Source: a virus
Taxonomy: Duplodnaviria > Heunggongvirae > Uroviricota > Caudoviricetes
IMG/VR virus record: IMGVR_UViG_2531839524_000004
Direction: 5' to 3' (one strand)
Length of the DNA stretch: 64,000 bases
Positions 8,966-17,343 of the stretch are shown here, piece by piece. Under the pieces are notes generated by a model that was not told the origin of the DNA, ran no database searches, and was given only the letters and a program-made list of their open reading frames with translations. A program made the translations under genes and the position numbers. Numbering within the stretch: position 1 is the first letter of the stretch; every line of letters starts with the position of its first letter.

Positions 8966-9361
8966 ATGACCGCTAAACGCGAAAAACTGACAGTTGATGT
9001 TTACTATGCCTCTGAAACCGCCGAAGGTAAGAATGTGGCAAAAATCACCGTTGTTACGTACAACACCGAAACTGGTGCCGAAGTCCAGGCCAGTACGATC
9101 GTGCGTAAAGGTGATGCCTCCGGCGGCGAGTACGCGACTCAATACCAGTCTATTTTCGATGCAACTGACCCGCTGCTGCTGAAAATCGAGAACTACTTCC
9201 GCCAGGTTGATGAAGAGGTGTTTGAAACCATGATGAATATGGTTAACACCGTATTCGCCTCCAGCCTGAATACCAACACTACCTGGATTGGTCAGTACGG
9301 CCTGCGCATTACCTCCGGCATTCCTGCTGACACCTTAATCCCTGAAAGCGTATTCGCTTAA
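8966..9361 (+). CDS. hypothetical protein
   Basis: ORF track, 131 aa; RBS ACGGAGAG upstream. Confidence 0.55.
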   Translation: MTAKREKLTVDVYYASETAEGKNVAKITVVTYNTETGAEVQASTIVRKGDASGGEYATQYQSIFDATDPLLLKIENYFRQVDEEVFETMMNMVNTVFASSLNTNTTWIGQYGLRITSGIPADTLIPESVFA

Positions 9362-9370
9362 TCCTCTTTG

Positions 9371-9398
9371 AATGGCGCGTAAACCGCGCCATTTTCTT
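9371..9398 (+). terminator. intrinsic terminator
   Basis: aatggcgcg-taaac-cgcgccatt followed by TTCTT. Confidence 0.55.
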
Positions 9399-9405
9399 AT
9401 GCCCG

Positions 9406-9420
9406 ATAACAATTTGTTTT
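9406..9420. promoter_or_regulatory. operator-like palindrome ATAACAA-T-TTGTTTT
   Basis: Shares the extended sequence AACAATTTGTTTTCTGCC with the 5172 copy. Confidence 0.5.
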
Positions 9421-9478
9421 CTGCCTTATCTGATTTGTGAAAATGATTTCACTGAAGCAACTTAATAAGGAAACCATC

Positions 9479-9853
9479 ATGGGACTTGATATCTATATCG
9501 AGACACAGCCTAAAAACGATCTGAATAACGAGGCATCCAGAAAGCAGGTTGCTTACTTCCGTAAGTTCAATGCGCTCGTTGGGTGGATGGAGCGCAACGT
9601 AGGTGAAGTCGAAAATTGTGAGCTTTTAGAATTAACGATGAATGACATTTGTTTTCTGAAGGCTCATTTGATGCACATAAACGAAAGTAATTGCGAAGAG
9701 TACTTGCCTACCCGGGAAGGTTTTTTCTTCGGCAGTCAGGAGTACGATGAAGGTTACTGGCATGATGTGGGGCAGTTGAAAGAGCTTGTGGAAGATCTGA
9801 TTAAGAACCACGACTTTCACAATAACAGACTGACCTTCTGCGCCTGGTGGTAA
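9479..9853 (+). CDS. hypothetical protein
   Basis: ORF track (9437-9853); start moved to MGLDIYIETQ after RBS AAGGAAACC. Confidence 0.5.
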   Translation: MGLDIYIETQPKNDLNNEASRKQVAYFRKFNALVGWMERNVGEVENCELLELTMNDICFLKAHLMHINESNCEEYLPTREGFFFGSQEYDEGYWHDVGQLKELVEDLIKNHDFHNNRLTFCAWW

Positions 9854-9855
9854 AT

Positions 9856-9999
9856 ATGGGCGATTTCAAGAAACGCCTGAAGGAAAGAGCCGAGATGGTC
9901 AGAAAGCAAAACGCCTCTTCTGTCATCAGATACGCAAGGCAGTTTAGTCGCAACAACAAATCAGTTGAGGAAAAGATCCTTAGCGTAATCGGGCGATAA
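9856..9999 (+). CDS. hypothetical small basic protein (47 aa)
   Basis: Own translation MGDFKKRLKERAEMVRKQNASSVIRYARQFSRNNKSVEEKILSVIGR; starts 3 nt after the previous stop; below ORF-track cut-off. Confidence 0.3.
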   Translation: MGDFKKRLKERAEMVRKQNASSVIRYARQFSRNNKSVEEKILSVIGR

Positions 10000-10049
10000 T
10001 TATTAAGGCCATCAGCATTGGTGGCCTTAAATGACCATCTTGTTTCCCG

Positions 10050-10134
10050 CAGGCTAAAAACACCAACCTCTTCCCTCCAGGCAACCGACAAACCCACCTG
10101 TTCCCGTCCGGCTACCGTAACTTTCCACTTTGAC
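10050..10134. repeat. second, shorter copy of the A+C-rich element seen at 6893-6990
   Basis: Shares ...aaaacaccaacctctt..caggc.accg..acccacct.ttc..c.ggctaccg... blocks with 6893-6990. Confidence 0.5.
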
Positions 10135-10168
10135 GCCTTATTCGTACAACGATAATTAACGCCAACAA

Positions 10169-10183
10169 GAAAACAATTTGTTA
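10169..10183. promoter_or_regulatory. operator-like palindrome GAAAACAA-T-TTGTTA
   Basis: 20 bp upstream of ATG 10204, RBS AAGGAA between. Confidence 0.5.
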
Positions 10184-10203
10184 TTTACGATAAGGAATTA
10201 ATC

Positions 10204-10686
10204 ATGAATTTTATCGCTACTGTAAACGCACCCGCACATGGCAATATCGCTGTAACGTTCTCTGACATTGAAAAACGAGTACTTGGTGCATGGCGCGACA
10301 ATGAGACGGTAGAACTGTCAGCACAAGAAAAATGCATTATTGCACGCGACATCATTGGCAATCGTCGTTACTCGCGGGTATTTGAGAAAGCGTATGTGGT
10401 AAATTCTGGATTCGGAACGTTCGTCTTTCCGGTGCGCTCCGGGCGATTCTGCCAGTCCAAGCTGATTGAGTTCGCTACGCAGATTTCTGTCTGGATTAAA
10501 ACTCAATCGTCGTTCAAATTTTCCGACGATGAAGCAGTATCGCAGGGGATGCGGATCGCCAACAATGCAATTAAATGCAAAAACATTACGTATACCGCTG
10601 GCGTTGATACATGGAAACTGTTTTGCGCTAACTTTATGCTGAATGTATACGCAAGCAACCGCATCCACATCCTTGATGGCGTGTAA
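10204..10686 (+). CDS. hypothetical protein
   Basis: ORF track, 160 aa. Confidence 0.55.
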   Translation: MNFIATVNAPAHGNIAVTFSDIEKRVLGAWRDNETVELSAQEKCIIARDIIGNRRYSRVFEKAYVVNSGFGTFVFPVRSGRFCQSKLIEFATQISVWIKTQSSFKFSDDEAVSQGMRIANNAIKCKNITYTAGVDTWKLFCANFMLNVYASNRIHILDGV

Positions 10687-10694
10687 CTGAGAAG

Positions 10695-10850
10695 AGGGCC
10701 AGAAACGGCCCTTTATCTATAGCCACCAGCTGCCGCAGGGAAATTTTCAGAAACGGCGAGGAACGTATTCATGAGCCGACGGGAAACGGCCAGGATTTTT
10801 TTCGGGAAACGGCTGCATTCGCCTTTATGTAGAAAAAACATCGGGAAGCT
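10695..10850. repeat. second array of GGGAAACGGC-type direct repeats
   Basis: ccagaaacggccc / cagggaaattttc / agaaacggcgagg / cgggaaacggccagg / cgggaaacggctgc; first unit doubles as a terminator-like hairpin (agggcc-agaaac-ggccct). Confidence 0.5.
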
Positions 10851-11278
10851 GGTGGAATCCAACCAGCGGTTGTCGGACAGGTGAGCGGGGAAAATTATGA
10901 TGACTTTCGTCGCCTGAGACATCCAGATTTCTTTCGTAGCATAATCACATACGTGATTAAGTGGTGTGATTATGTGAAAAATCACGCGCACATAATACGC
11001 GAGCGGATACGGAACAAAACAAAATGCCGATCCGCGCCGACAAATAAACGCGGATCACATAGCAAGACTAAAAGCCAATGATTAACCATATTCTATAGCG
11101 CAATATAACGCGTTTTAAGCGCGTTAATGTGTTAAGTAATGGGTATGTACTGGCAAGGATATAAAAGCGCGTCTATGGCGTCATTTTGGCGCTTATTTTT
11201 ATGTTGTTGGAGTGAGTTAAAGACAATAAAAAACGCGCCAATGATGGCGCGTTATGGTGGGAGTATTGGAAACGAAAA

Positions 11279-11297
11279 AGCGCCCATAGTGGGCGCT
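11279..11297 (-). terminator. hairpin AGCGCCCA-tag-TGGGCGCT, copy 1 (end of the minus-strand operon)
   Basis: 8-bp stem; on the minus strand it is followed by TTTTTCG; sits directly 3' of the 76-aa gene. Confidence 0.55.
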
Positions 11298-11302
11298 CGA
11301 TT

Positions 11303-11533
11303 TTATTTGTGTAAACTGATTTTAAATCCCATTTCTACAAACGCTTTTAACATTAAAAATATATCAGCGTCGTTCACGTCTGCTTTTTTTCGCTCCTGGT
11401 CGCTCAATAAGTCAATTTTGCGCGTCGTTTCATCTATAAGCTCGACTGAACGCCCAGCGTAACCAGCGATCCCAGCGATGCGATTAACATAATATTCATT
11501 GTGGACGTTAACGTCAGCGATAAGAACAAACAT
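11303..11533 (-). CDS. hypothetical protein (third gene of an AT-rich operon)
   Basis: ORF track, 76 aa. Confidence 0.5.
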   Translation of the reverse strand: MFVLIADVNVHNEYYVNRIAGIAGYAGRSVELIDETTRKIDLLSDQERKKADVNDADIFLMLKAFVEMGFKISLHK

Positions 11534-11553
11534 GATTAAGCTCCTTAAAAAAA

Positions 11554-11757
11554 TTAAATAGAATTTTGAAGTTTTCCGATTAATGCGCTTAAACGTAAGT
11601 ATTCACGTTTGCGCTTGCAATCTCGCTTGCTGTTAAGCAAATCAGAAAACGTAAAATTTAATTGGTCGCGTTGCGCGATCAAATCATCGATTAATTCCAG
11701 TTTATAAGCGCGATACTTTGCGCGATATTCCGCGCGGATCTTGTCATAGCTGACCAT
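11554..11757 (-). CDS. hypothetical basic coiled-coil protein (67 aa)
   Basis: ORF track gives 11554-11802; start moved to the internal ATG (MVSYDKIRAEY) because AAAGGAG RBS precedes it and the annotated N-terminus is encoded by the hairpin repeat. Confidence 0.45.
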   Translation of the reverse strand: MVSYDKIRAEYRAKYRAYKLELIDDLIAQRDQLNFTFSDLLNSKRDCKRKREYLRLSALIGKLQNSI

Positions 11758-11778
11758 TTTTAAAGCTCCTTTAAAGCG

Positions 11779-11797
11779 CCCATAGTGGGCGCTTGAT
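11779..11797 (-). repeat. hairpin AGCGCCCA-tag-TGGGCGCT, copy 2 (intercistronic)
   Basis: Identical 19-bp hairpin plus shared flanks (aaagcgcccatagtgggcgct.gatt) between the 216-aa and 67-aa genes. Confidence 0.55.
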
Positions 11798-11805
11798 TCC
11801 ATTAA

Positions 11806-12456
11806 TTACGCTTTGAAAGCATCAGCTAAATAATTGTAGAAATCATTTTTAATGAAGCGATATTGCTGAGTACCAGCTTTGGCGCTCCCAGCTCCTTTGA
11901 CTTTTTCAACAAGTCCAAGACGTTCGCAAAGATTGATCAACTGGTTGGCTTGAGTATAGCCAGCGTCCAATTTAATTTCGCACGCTTTTTTAGCTTCATT
12001 CATTAAATCGAAAACAGCGCCATTGGTGAACGTGTCGATCTCGTCGTTAATCATATCGATTAAAGCGAATACACGAGATCCTGACATATCAGCGACGGAA
12101 TAAACACATTTACCAGCTTTAATGGATTTAACCAGATAAACCAGTTTTTCCAGTGAATAACTATTAGTCATTGCATCACGAAAAAATACTTCTGGCGCTT
12201 GTTTGCTTGCTTTAATCGCATAGTAGAAAACAGAGCATAATTTATCGTCTTCTACTGCGTTTACGACGTTGTTGATGAAGTAAGCAAGTTTAGTGGTCGC
12301 AGCTTGCATATTTGCTTTGTCTGCTTTAGTGTGCGTACCATTTTTATAATGTTCGTTATATGTTTGAGTTGCCAGATCTGCTTTTTCGCGCAGTTCATCG
12401 GATACAATGGATGCAGCTTCAATGATGGATTTTTTAGAAATGATAATGTTAGCCAT
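11806..12456 (-). CDS. hypothetical protein (first gene of the AT-rich operon)
   Basis: ORF track, 216 aa; AT-rich relative to neighbours; AT-rich promoter region 12457-12690 upstream. Confidence 0.6.
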   Translation of the reverse strand: MANIIISKKSIIEAASIVSDELREKADLATQTYNEHYKNGTHTKADKANMQAATTKLAYFINNVVNAVEDDKLCSVFYYAIKASKQAPEVFFRDAMTNSYSLEKLVYLVKSIKAGKCVYSVADMSGSRVFALIDMINDEIDTFTNGAVFDLMNEAKKACEIKLDAGYTQANQLINLCERLGLVEKVKGAGSAKAGTQQYRFIKNDFYNYLADAFKA

Positions 12457-12696
12457 GATAATTTTTCCTTATGTAAATTTAAAATTTATTGTCGTTAGCG
12501 TCTTCGCTTTCGACGAGTTCAATTATCGATACGCGAAAAAAGATTGCAAGTGTTTTTTTAAAATTTTTTGCAGGGATGAAAGTCCTAGAAATAAAAGCGA
12601 GATCGTCGAAGGTGTTCCCTAAATAAATAATCGATTCCGGCTTTCGACCTTATATATATTTAGATTATTTGATTTATAGATATAAAGAAGTGATGT

Positions 12697-12726
12697 GAAA
12701 AATAATAACCGGACTTAGCCGGTTAT
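12697..12726 (-). terminator. intrinsic terminator ending the helicase-side minus-strand operon
   Basis: ataaccgg-acttag-ccggttat; on the minus strand followed by a T-run. Confidence 0.6.
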
Positions 12727-12739
12727 TAACCTTATAGAT

Positions 12740-13048
12740 TTATTGAACAGACTCTACAGCCTTACGATTGGTGTCAAATAGCGCATCAACGAACTGTGCC
12801 GATGACTCGCTAGATTCGCAATCCAACATTGCCCGTTCTTCATTTGCCACTTTCTTACACAGTTCCACATTCTCACCTATCGCTTTTCCTGCTTTTACGG
12901 CTGCCGAAAATTGATACATGCAAACTGATACATTCTGAGACGTTGAGCACACGTCATTCATCAGCGACTGAATGACAGGCTTATAGTCCATTGCATTTGC
13001 CGCAACTGAGCAAAGTAAAAATAATGGTGGTAACAATATCGATTTCAT
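12740..13048 (-). CDS. hypothetical secreted/periplasmic protein
   Basis: ORF track, 102 aa; N-terminal signal-peptide-like MKSILLPPLFLLCSVAANA; several cysteines. Confidence 0.55.
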   Translation of the reverse strand: MKSILLPPLFLLCSVAANAMDYKPVIQSLMNDVCSTSQNVSVCMYQFSAAVKAGKAIGENVELCKKVANEERAMLDCESSESSAQFVDALFDTNRKAVESVQ

Positions 13049-13051
13049 AAC

Positions 13052-13576
13052 TCAAAAAGGCAAAATTCGTTCAACCCAATCGAACAAAACAACTATTTTT
13101 CTACCGTTCTCGACACGTAGTGTAACCTGACAAGCATCTGCGCCTGCTGACACCCCCTCAATTTCACGGCCATCCGCCATGTACACCCTTATAGATTTGT
13201 TTGCTTTGTAGGCTTGGTTGCAAATTGCAAAAAAATCGCGGCGTGATGGCCGATTATCGACATAATCAGGGTGAACTGTTAGTCGACCTTTGAAATCGTG
13301 TGCGATACTGTCAACCACACCTGATTCAATTGTACTAATGCGTTCAAGTGGGAGCCTTATACGATTTTCTTTGTCAAAAGGGGCTGGGCAAAGGTCAACT
13401 TTGTTACGAGATGGCATGAGGCCATAAACGTACATGCAAAACGCCTGGCCATCTTCGAGAGTGACCCTTACAGGAATTTGTTCTCTGCGCCAGAACATCA
13501 GTAGTTTTTCAACGTTAGTGTAATCTCGCGGCCAGAGTTCAGCTTGGATACCGTAGGTAATATCTTTGGTTGTCAT
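13052..13576 (-). CDS. hypothetical protein
   Basis: ORF track gives 13052-13654; start set at the internal Met (MTTKDITYG) to avoid overlap with the upstream lipoprotein gene. Confidence 0.45.
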   Translation of the reverse strand: MTTKDITYGIQAELWPRDYTNVEKLLMFWRREQIPVRVTLEDGQAFCMYVYGLMPSRNKVDLCPAPFDKENRIRLPLERISTIESGVVDSIAHDFKGRLTVHPDYVDNRPSRRDFFAICNQAYKANKSIRVYMADGREIEGVSAGADACQVTLRVENGRKIVVLFDWVERILPF

Positions 13577-13580
13577 GTCA

Positions 13581-14003
13581 TCACAGAGTTGTTGGCAGAA
13601 TGTCGATGTCACCAGAATTGCTGGTGAACACCCTGAACGCTTTTGTGTCTCCATTCTTCAGAGTCGTTTCTCGCTCTTGACGAGCGGGGTTTAGAGCACA
13701 TAAACCTGCACCTTCAAGAGATGCACCCACAATTAATTCTCCGGCATTTAAATGGAAAGTCGCTTTTTCGCCTGTAGCCAGTTTTGCGACAGTTTCGCCG
13801 TTGATGAAAATGGAAGCATCACATCCAGCTCCTACAAAACCTGTGTCTCTCATTACCACCAACGTAGCTGGCGCTGCGCTTTGATACTTGAACACTTTGG
13901 CCTGCGGTGCTGGTTTGGCGTCATGGATTGATATTGGGCGTGATTGGCACGCGGTAAGCATCAACACTGGTAACGTTAGTAGAGGGAGAAGCGAGTATTT
14001 CAT
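13581..14003 (-). CDS. putative lipoprotein
   Basis: ORF track (13581-14045); start at MKYSLLPLLTLPVLMLTAC gives a signal peptide ending in lipobox LTAC. Confidence 0.55.
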   Translation of the reverse strand: MKYSLLPLLTLPVLMLTACQSRPISIHDAKPAPQAKVFKYQSAAPATLVVMRDTGFVGAGCDASIFINGETVAKLATGEKATFHLNAGELIVGASLEGAGLCALNPARQERETTLKNGDTKAFRVFTSNSGDIDILPTTL

Positions 14004-14071
14004 GATAGTTTTAGAACAGAAAGTGAACAGTATGGGAGACTTCATCTTTGTCTCCCTAATTGATAGCGTGA

Positions 14072-14350
14072 TTATTTTAATCTGCTTAATAGCGTTTCGA
14101 GATCTTCCTTTGTCATATTAGAGTTCTCATAGATACGCATGATTTTCTCACGAGTCTTAGCGGAAGCCCCGACAGAAGATATAACCTTGTCAAAGTCGGC
14201 CATTGTCAATTGTTCCAGAATGGTATTTATGACTTCAGCCTTAGACATTTTGATATTTTTTTCTTTTAGTTTCACTTGAAACTTTCCAAGTTTGTCATTG
14301 GCCTTATCAGACAATGCTACCTGACAATAAGTTGTTTTCTTTTCGCTCAT
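14072..14350 (-). CDS. hypothetical protein
   Basis: ORF track, 92 aa; starts 3 nt after the helicase stop. Confidence 0.5.
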   Translation of the reverse strand: MSEKKTTYCQVALSDKANDKLGKFQVKLKEKNIKMSKAEVINTILEQLTMADFDKVISSVGASAKTREKIMRIYENSNMTKEDLETLLSRLK

Positions 14351-14352
14351 AA

Positions 14353-15912
14353 CTAATCTCGTTTCAGAACTCCAAAATCGAATGCTCCATCAATAGGCAA
14401 TACACCTTCTGCAAAGCCAGGTGTGGTGTCGATGATGTGTTTTCGCTCATAAGAGTGAGACAACAGGTATTTGTTGCTAATGTCAATGAAATCAGTGATA
14501 AAACACACGTTTGCCTGATTTTTTTTGGCTCGTAAGCCACGACCGACACGCTGCCTCATTTCAACTTCTGCTTTCCCACCACCAGCAAGAATGACCGCAC
14601 CAACGCTTGGCACATCAACACCGACATCCAGAATAGTCGAGCCTATTAAAACATCTATTTCTCCAGACGCTAAACTGTTCAGCTTTGCTTGCCTTGTCGT
14701 CTGGTTAGATTCCCCATAGATGAAATCAACTTTAAGACCTGACTCCTTCATCATCTCCATCAGGATTTGCCCGTGGCGTTTAAGACGAACCAGAGTCATG
14801 CAGTTGAGTGAATGTTGCTTATAAAGCAATGCCTCGCGCACTATGGCCTCGTTACGTCCCAAATTATACACGATCCCCAACTGATAAGCCTTTTGGTAGG
14901 CGGTGCTCATACCAACTCTAAAATTGAGGTGTTTGTTGGCAAGTTCGGCCTTGATTCTGGCCTCGTCTGGCTTGTAGGCAACTTTATGATAAAGGAAGTA
15001 CGGCTTTGCCAGAATGCCTCGATCAATCAGGTACTTTTCTGTGACTTTAATTTCAATTCGCCCGGCCACCGCCATCAGGCGCATGTTGGCTTCCGTCGAA
15101 TCCTTCATGAACGGCGTGGCTGTAAGCGCCAGACGATAGTCTGCGTTCACACATAATCTGGCAATGTCATAGAAATTAGAGCCTGAAGACTCATGCGCTT
15201 CTTCCAGAATAAGCAGAGACACACTTGAAAGGAAGCGTTTCACCAACTCCCGACGTTTGAGGTGGTAGCTCTTTTTATCTGGTGTTGCATCGCGTGGTGG
15301 TTCTTCAAGGAAACTTGCCAGAGTTTGAACTGTAGCGACGTTGATATGTCGTGATACCTGGAACTCACCCGAGCCAATGACTCCAACCTTTTGGTCTTTT
15401 AACCACGGTTCGCCATTTTCGGCGCGGTAGTCGATGGATCTCTGGAAGTTTTCGGCCATTTGAAACATCAGAACAGAGCGGGTTGTTAAAAATAATGTCA
15501 TTCGACCGATACGAGCAGCTGCTTTGCAGGCAACGTTAGATTTCCCGCCACCAGTAGCGATCTGCGCAATCATCATTCCCTCTCGAACCAGTGTTTCCAC
15601 AGTCTGATCCTGATACGCATAATCAGGATTGTATGGGAATGGGTTAACCGCAGGATTTGGTTTACCAAGCGCCGGGGCTTTGTCTTTGCGGATATGAACA
15701 CATTTGATGCCCGCCTTGTTCAAGTTCGCCGCTACAGGCTTGGCAAAGCCAGCAGGGAACGAGTTTTTACTCCAGTTGAACATCGTGCTTGTGCCCTTCC
15801 AGTCGCCAGTCTCGACTTCGTAGCTCAACATCTGTTGCACCATTTGCTTTACCTTGTCATCTGCGCCAGAAATAAGCGCATTAACTGCGTTAGATACAAT
15901 CCGAACAGTCAT
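14353..15912 (-). CDS. superfamily 2 DEAD/DEAH-box helicase
   Basis: Walker A ATGGGKS, Walker B/DEAH-like LILEEAH, motif III LALTATP; 519 aa. Confidence 0.8.
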   Translation of the reverse strand: MTVRIVSNAVNALISGADDKVKQMVQQMLSYEVETGDWKGTSTMFNWSKNSFPAGFAKPVAANLNKAGIKCVHIRKDKAPALGKPNPAVNPFPYNPDYAYQDQTVETLVREGMMIAQIATGGGKSNVACKAAARIGRMTLFLTTRSVLMFQMAENFQRSIDYRAENGEPWLKDQKVGVIGSGEFQVSRHINVATVQTLASFLEEPPRDATPDKKSYHLKRRELVKRFLSSVSLLILEEAHESSGSNFYDIARLCVNADYRLALTATPFMKDSTEANMRLMAVAGRIEIKVTEKYLIDRGILAKPYFLYHKVAYKPDEARIKAELANKHLNFRVGMSTAYQKAYQLGIVYNLGRNEAIVREALLYKQHSLNCMTLVRLKRHGQILMEMMKESGLKVDFIYGESNQTTRQAKLNSLASGEIDVLIGSTILDVGVDVPSVGAVILAGGGKAEVEMRQRVGRGLRAKKNQANVCFITDFIDISNKYLLSHSYERKHIIDTTPGFAEGVLPIDGAFDFGVLKRD

Positions 15913-15976
15913 AAACCTCTTTCCTTAGTGCCTTTTGTATGTTATTTGGCTATTATAATAAGTAAGTGATTACTTA

Positions 15977-16675
15977 GTGGATTGTAGCAATAAAATGGAT
16001 GTAAAAATCACGATTTTGCAGGTTGATGTTGCCAACCTTCGCCCGAATACCTGGAACACCAATTCGGTTGGTGCGCAGAATTTTGAAAAACTGAAAGGTT
16101 CTATCGAAAAATTGGGCTTTTTTAAGCCAATTTTGGCTCGTGAACTTGAAGATGGATTTTTTGAAATCCTCGGCGGCGAACATCGCTGGCGTGCTGCTAT
16201 TGAGCAAGGAATTTCAACGGTTCCGGTGCTTTCTGTGGGCAAAATTAGCGATGTCGTAGCTAAACAGATGTCACTGGTGGACAACGAGCGATACGGTGAA
16301 GACGACCAAATCGCATTGCAACGCTTCATTGAAGAAATTCAGTCAGAACTTGACTATCAACTGTCTGAAATCGCCCCGTATGACGACGAAATCTCGATGG
16401 TTTTAGCAAAAGAGGCGGCAATCGACCTTGAAGCACTGGAGGCGTTGTCTCGTGGTAGTGATGAGCCTGTCGATACCGACAAACGAGAGAAAACCGAACG
16501 TGTGGGTGCGGAACATCAGACCATGCGCTTCAAAGTAACTTTCGATGCGTCAGATCGTGTTGCAGAAACCATAAAAAACATCATCAAAGAGCAGGCTATT
16601 AACACCGGTAATGAAATGGAGAACGCTGGTGAGGCTCTGGTGTGGCTGGTCGACTACTACAAGGAGCGTATGTAA
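15977..16675 (+). CDS. ParB/Srx-fold nuclease-like domain protein 1
   Basis: N-terminal ParB-like core ...FKPILARELEDGFFEILGGEHRWRAA...; acidic C-terminus; start could be 15995. Confidence 0.7.
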   Translation: MDCSNKMDVKITILQVDVANLRPNTWNTNSVGAQNFEKLKGSIEKLGFFKPILARELEDGFFEILGGEHRWRAAIEQGISTVPVLSVGKISDVVAKQMSLVDNERYGEDDQIALQRFIEEIQSELDYQLSEIAPYDDEISMVLAKEAAIDLEALEALSRGSDEPVDTDKREKTERVGAEHQTMRFKVTFDASDRVAETIKNIIKEQAINTGNEMENAGEALVWLVDYYKERM

Positions 16676-17343
16676 TGACCAAAAAGTTTGAAATCGTATA
16701 TCGCGACCCGGCAGATCTTATTCCCTATGAGATGAATGCCAAAAAGCATGATGAACAGCAGATCCGAGATCTGGCCGCAGCCATTAAAAAGCGCGGATTT
16801 GACCAGCCAATTACGGTCGATAAGAACGACGTAATTATTACTGGCCACGGCCGCCGTGAGGCTGCAATTTTTGCTGGACTTGAGCGCGTACCGGTTATTG
16901 TTCGCGATGATCTCAGTGATGACGAGGTTCGTGCGAAGCGCCTTGAAGATAACCGACTTGCCAGCATTGATTACGATGCAATTAAGCTACAGAAAGAGCT
17001 TGAGTCGCTCGTTCTGGACGATATCGAGGTTTTCGGCTTTGAAGAGCGTGAGTTGAATGTTCTCGTTGGCAGTATGACAGAAGAAATGGACACCGACTCG
17101 CTAGTTATCGATCTTGGCGAAGAAACTAAACGACAGAAGGATGAACACACCGAGATCAGTCGTGAAGTTGCAGCGGAAGAAGTACGTGTTGTCGACGTAT
17201 TGGGCTTTAAAACGCTCCCTGCTGGCTCTGCCATTGTTGTTGGTGATTTGCTTGCCCACATGGAAGAAATGACGGGAGAAAGCGGGGTAGACGCATTTGT
17301 GGCATATGCGGAGAAGATCTCTTCCGGGGAGATGGCTGCATGA
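16675..17343 (+). CDS. ParB/Srx-fold nuclease-like domain protein 2
   Basis: ...FDQPITVDKNDVIITGHGRREAA...; start at MTKKFEIVY overlaps the upstream stop (TAATG), implying translational coupling. Confidence 0.7.
   Translation: MTKKFEIVYRDPADLIPYEMNAKKHDEQQIRDLAAAIKKRGFDQPITVDKNDVIITGHGRREAAIFAGLERVPVIVRDDLSDDEVRAKRLEDNRLASIDYDAIKLQKELESLVLDDIEVFGFEERELNVLVGSMTEEMDTDSLVIDLGEETKRQKDEHTEISREVAAEEVRVVDVLGFKTLPAGSAIVVGDLLAHMEEMTGESGVDAFVAYAEKISSGEMAA

Noticed and set aside
10713-10991. 92-aa ORF on the minus strand
   Set aside because: Overlaps the second GGGAAACGGC repeat array and a terminator hairpin; no RBS; likely spurious.
11139-11462. 107-aa ORF on the + strand
   Set aside because: Overlaps the hairpin-rich region and the 3' end of the minus-strand 76-aa gene; hydrophobic low-complexity product; the hairpins are better explained as RNA or terminator elements.
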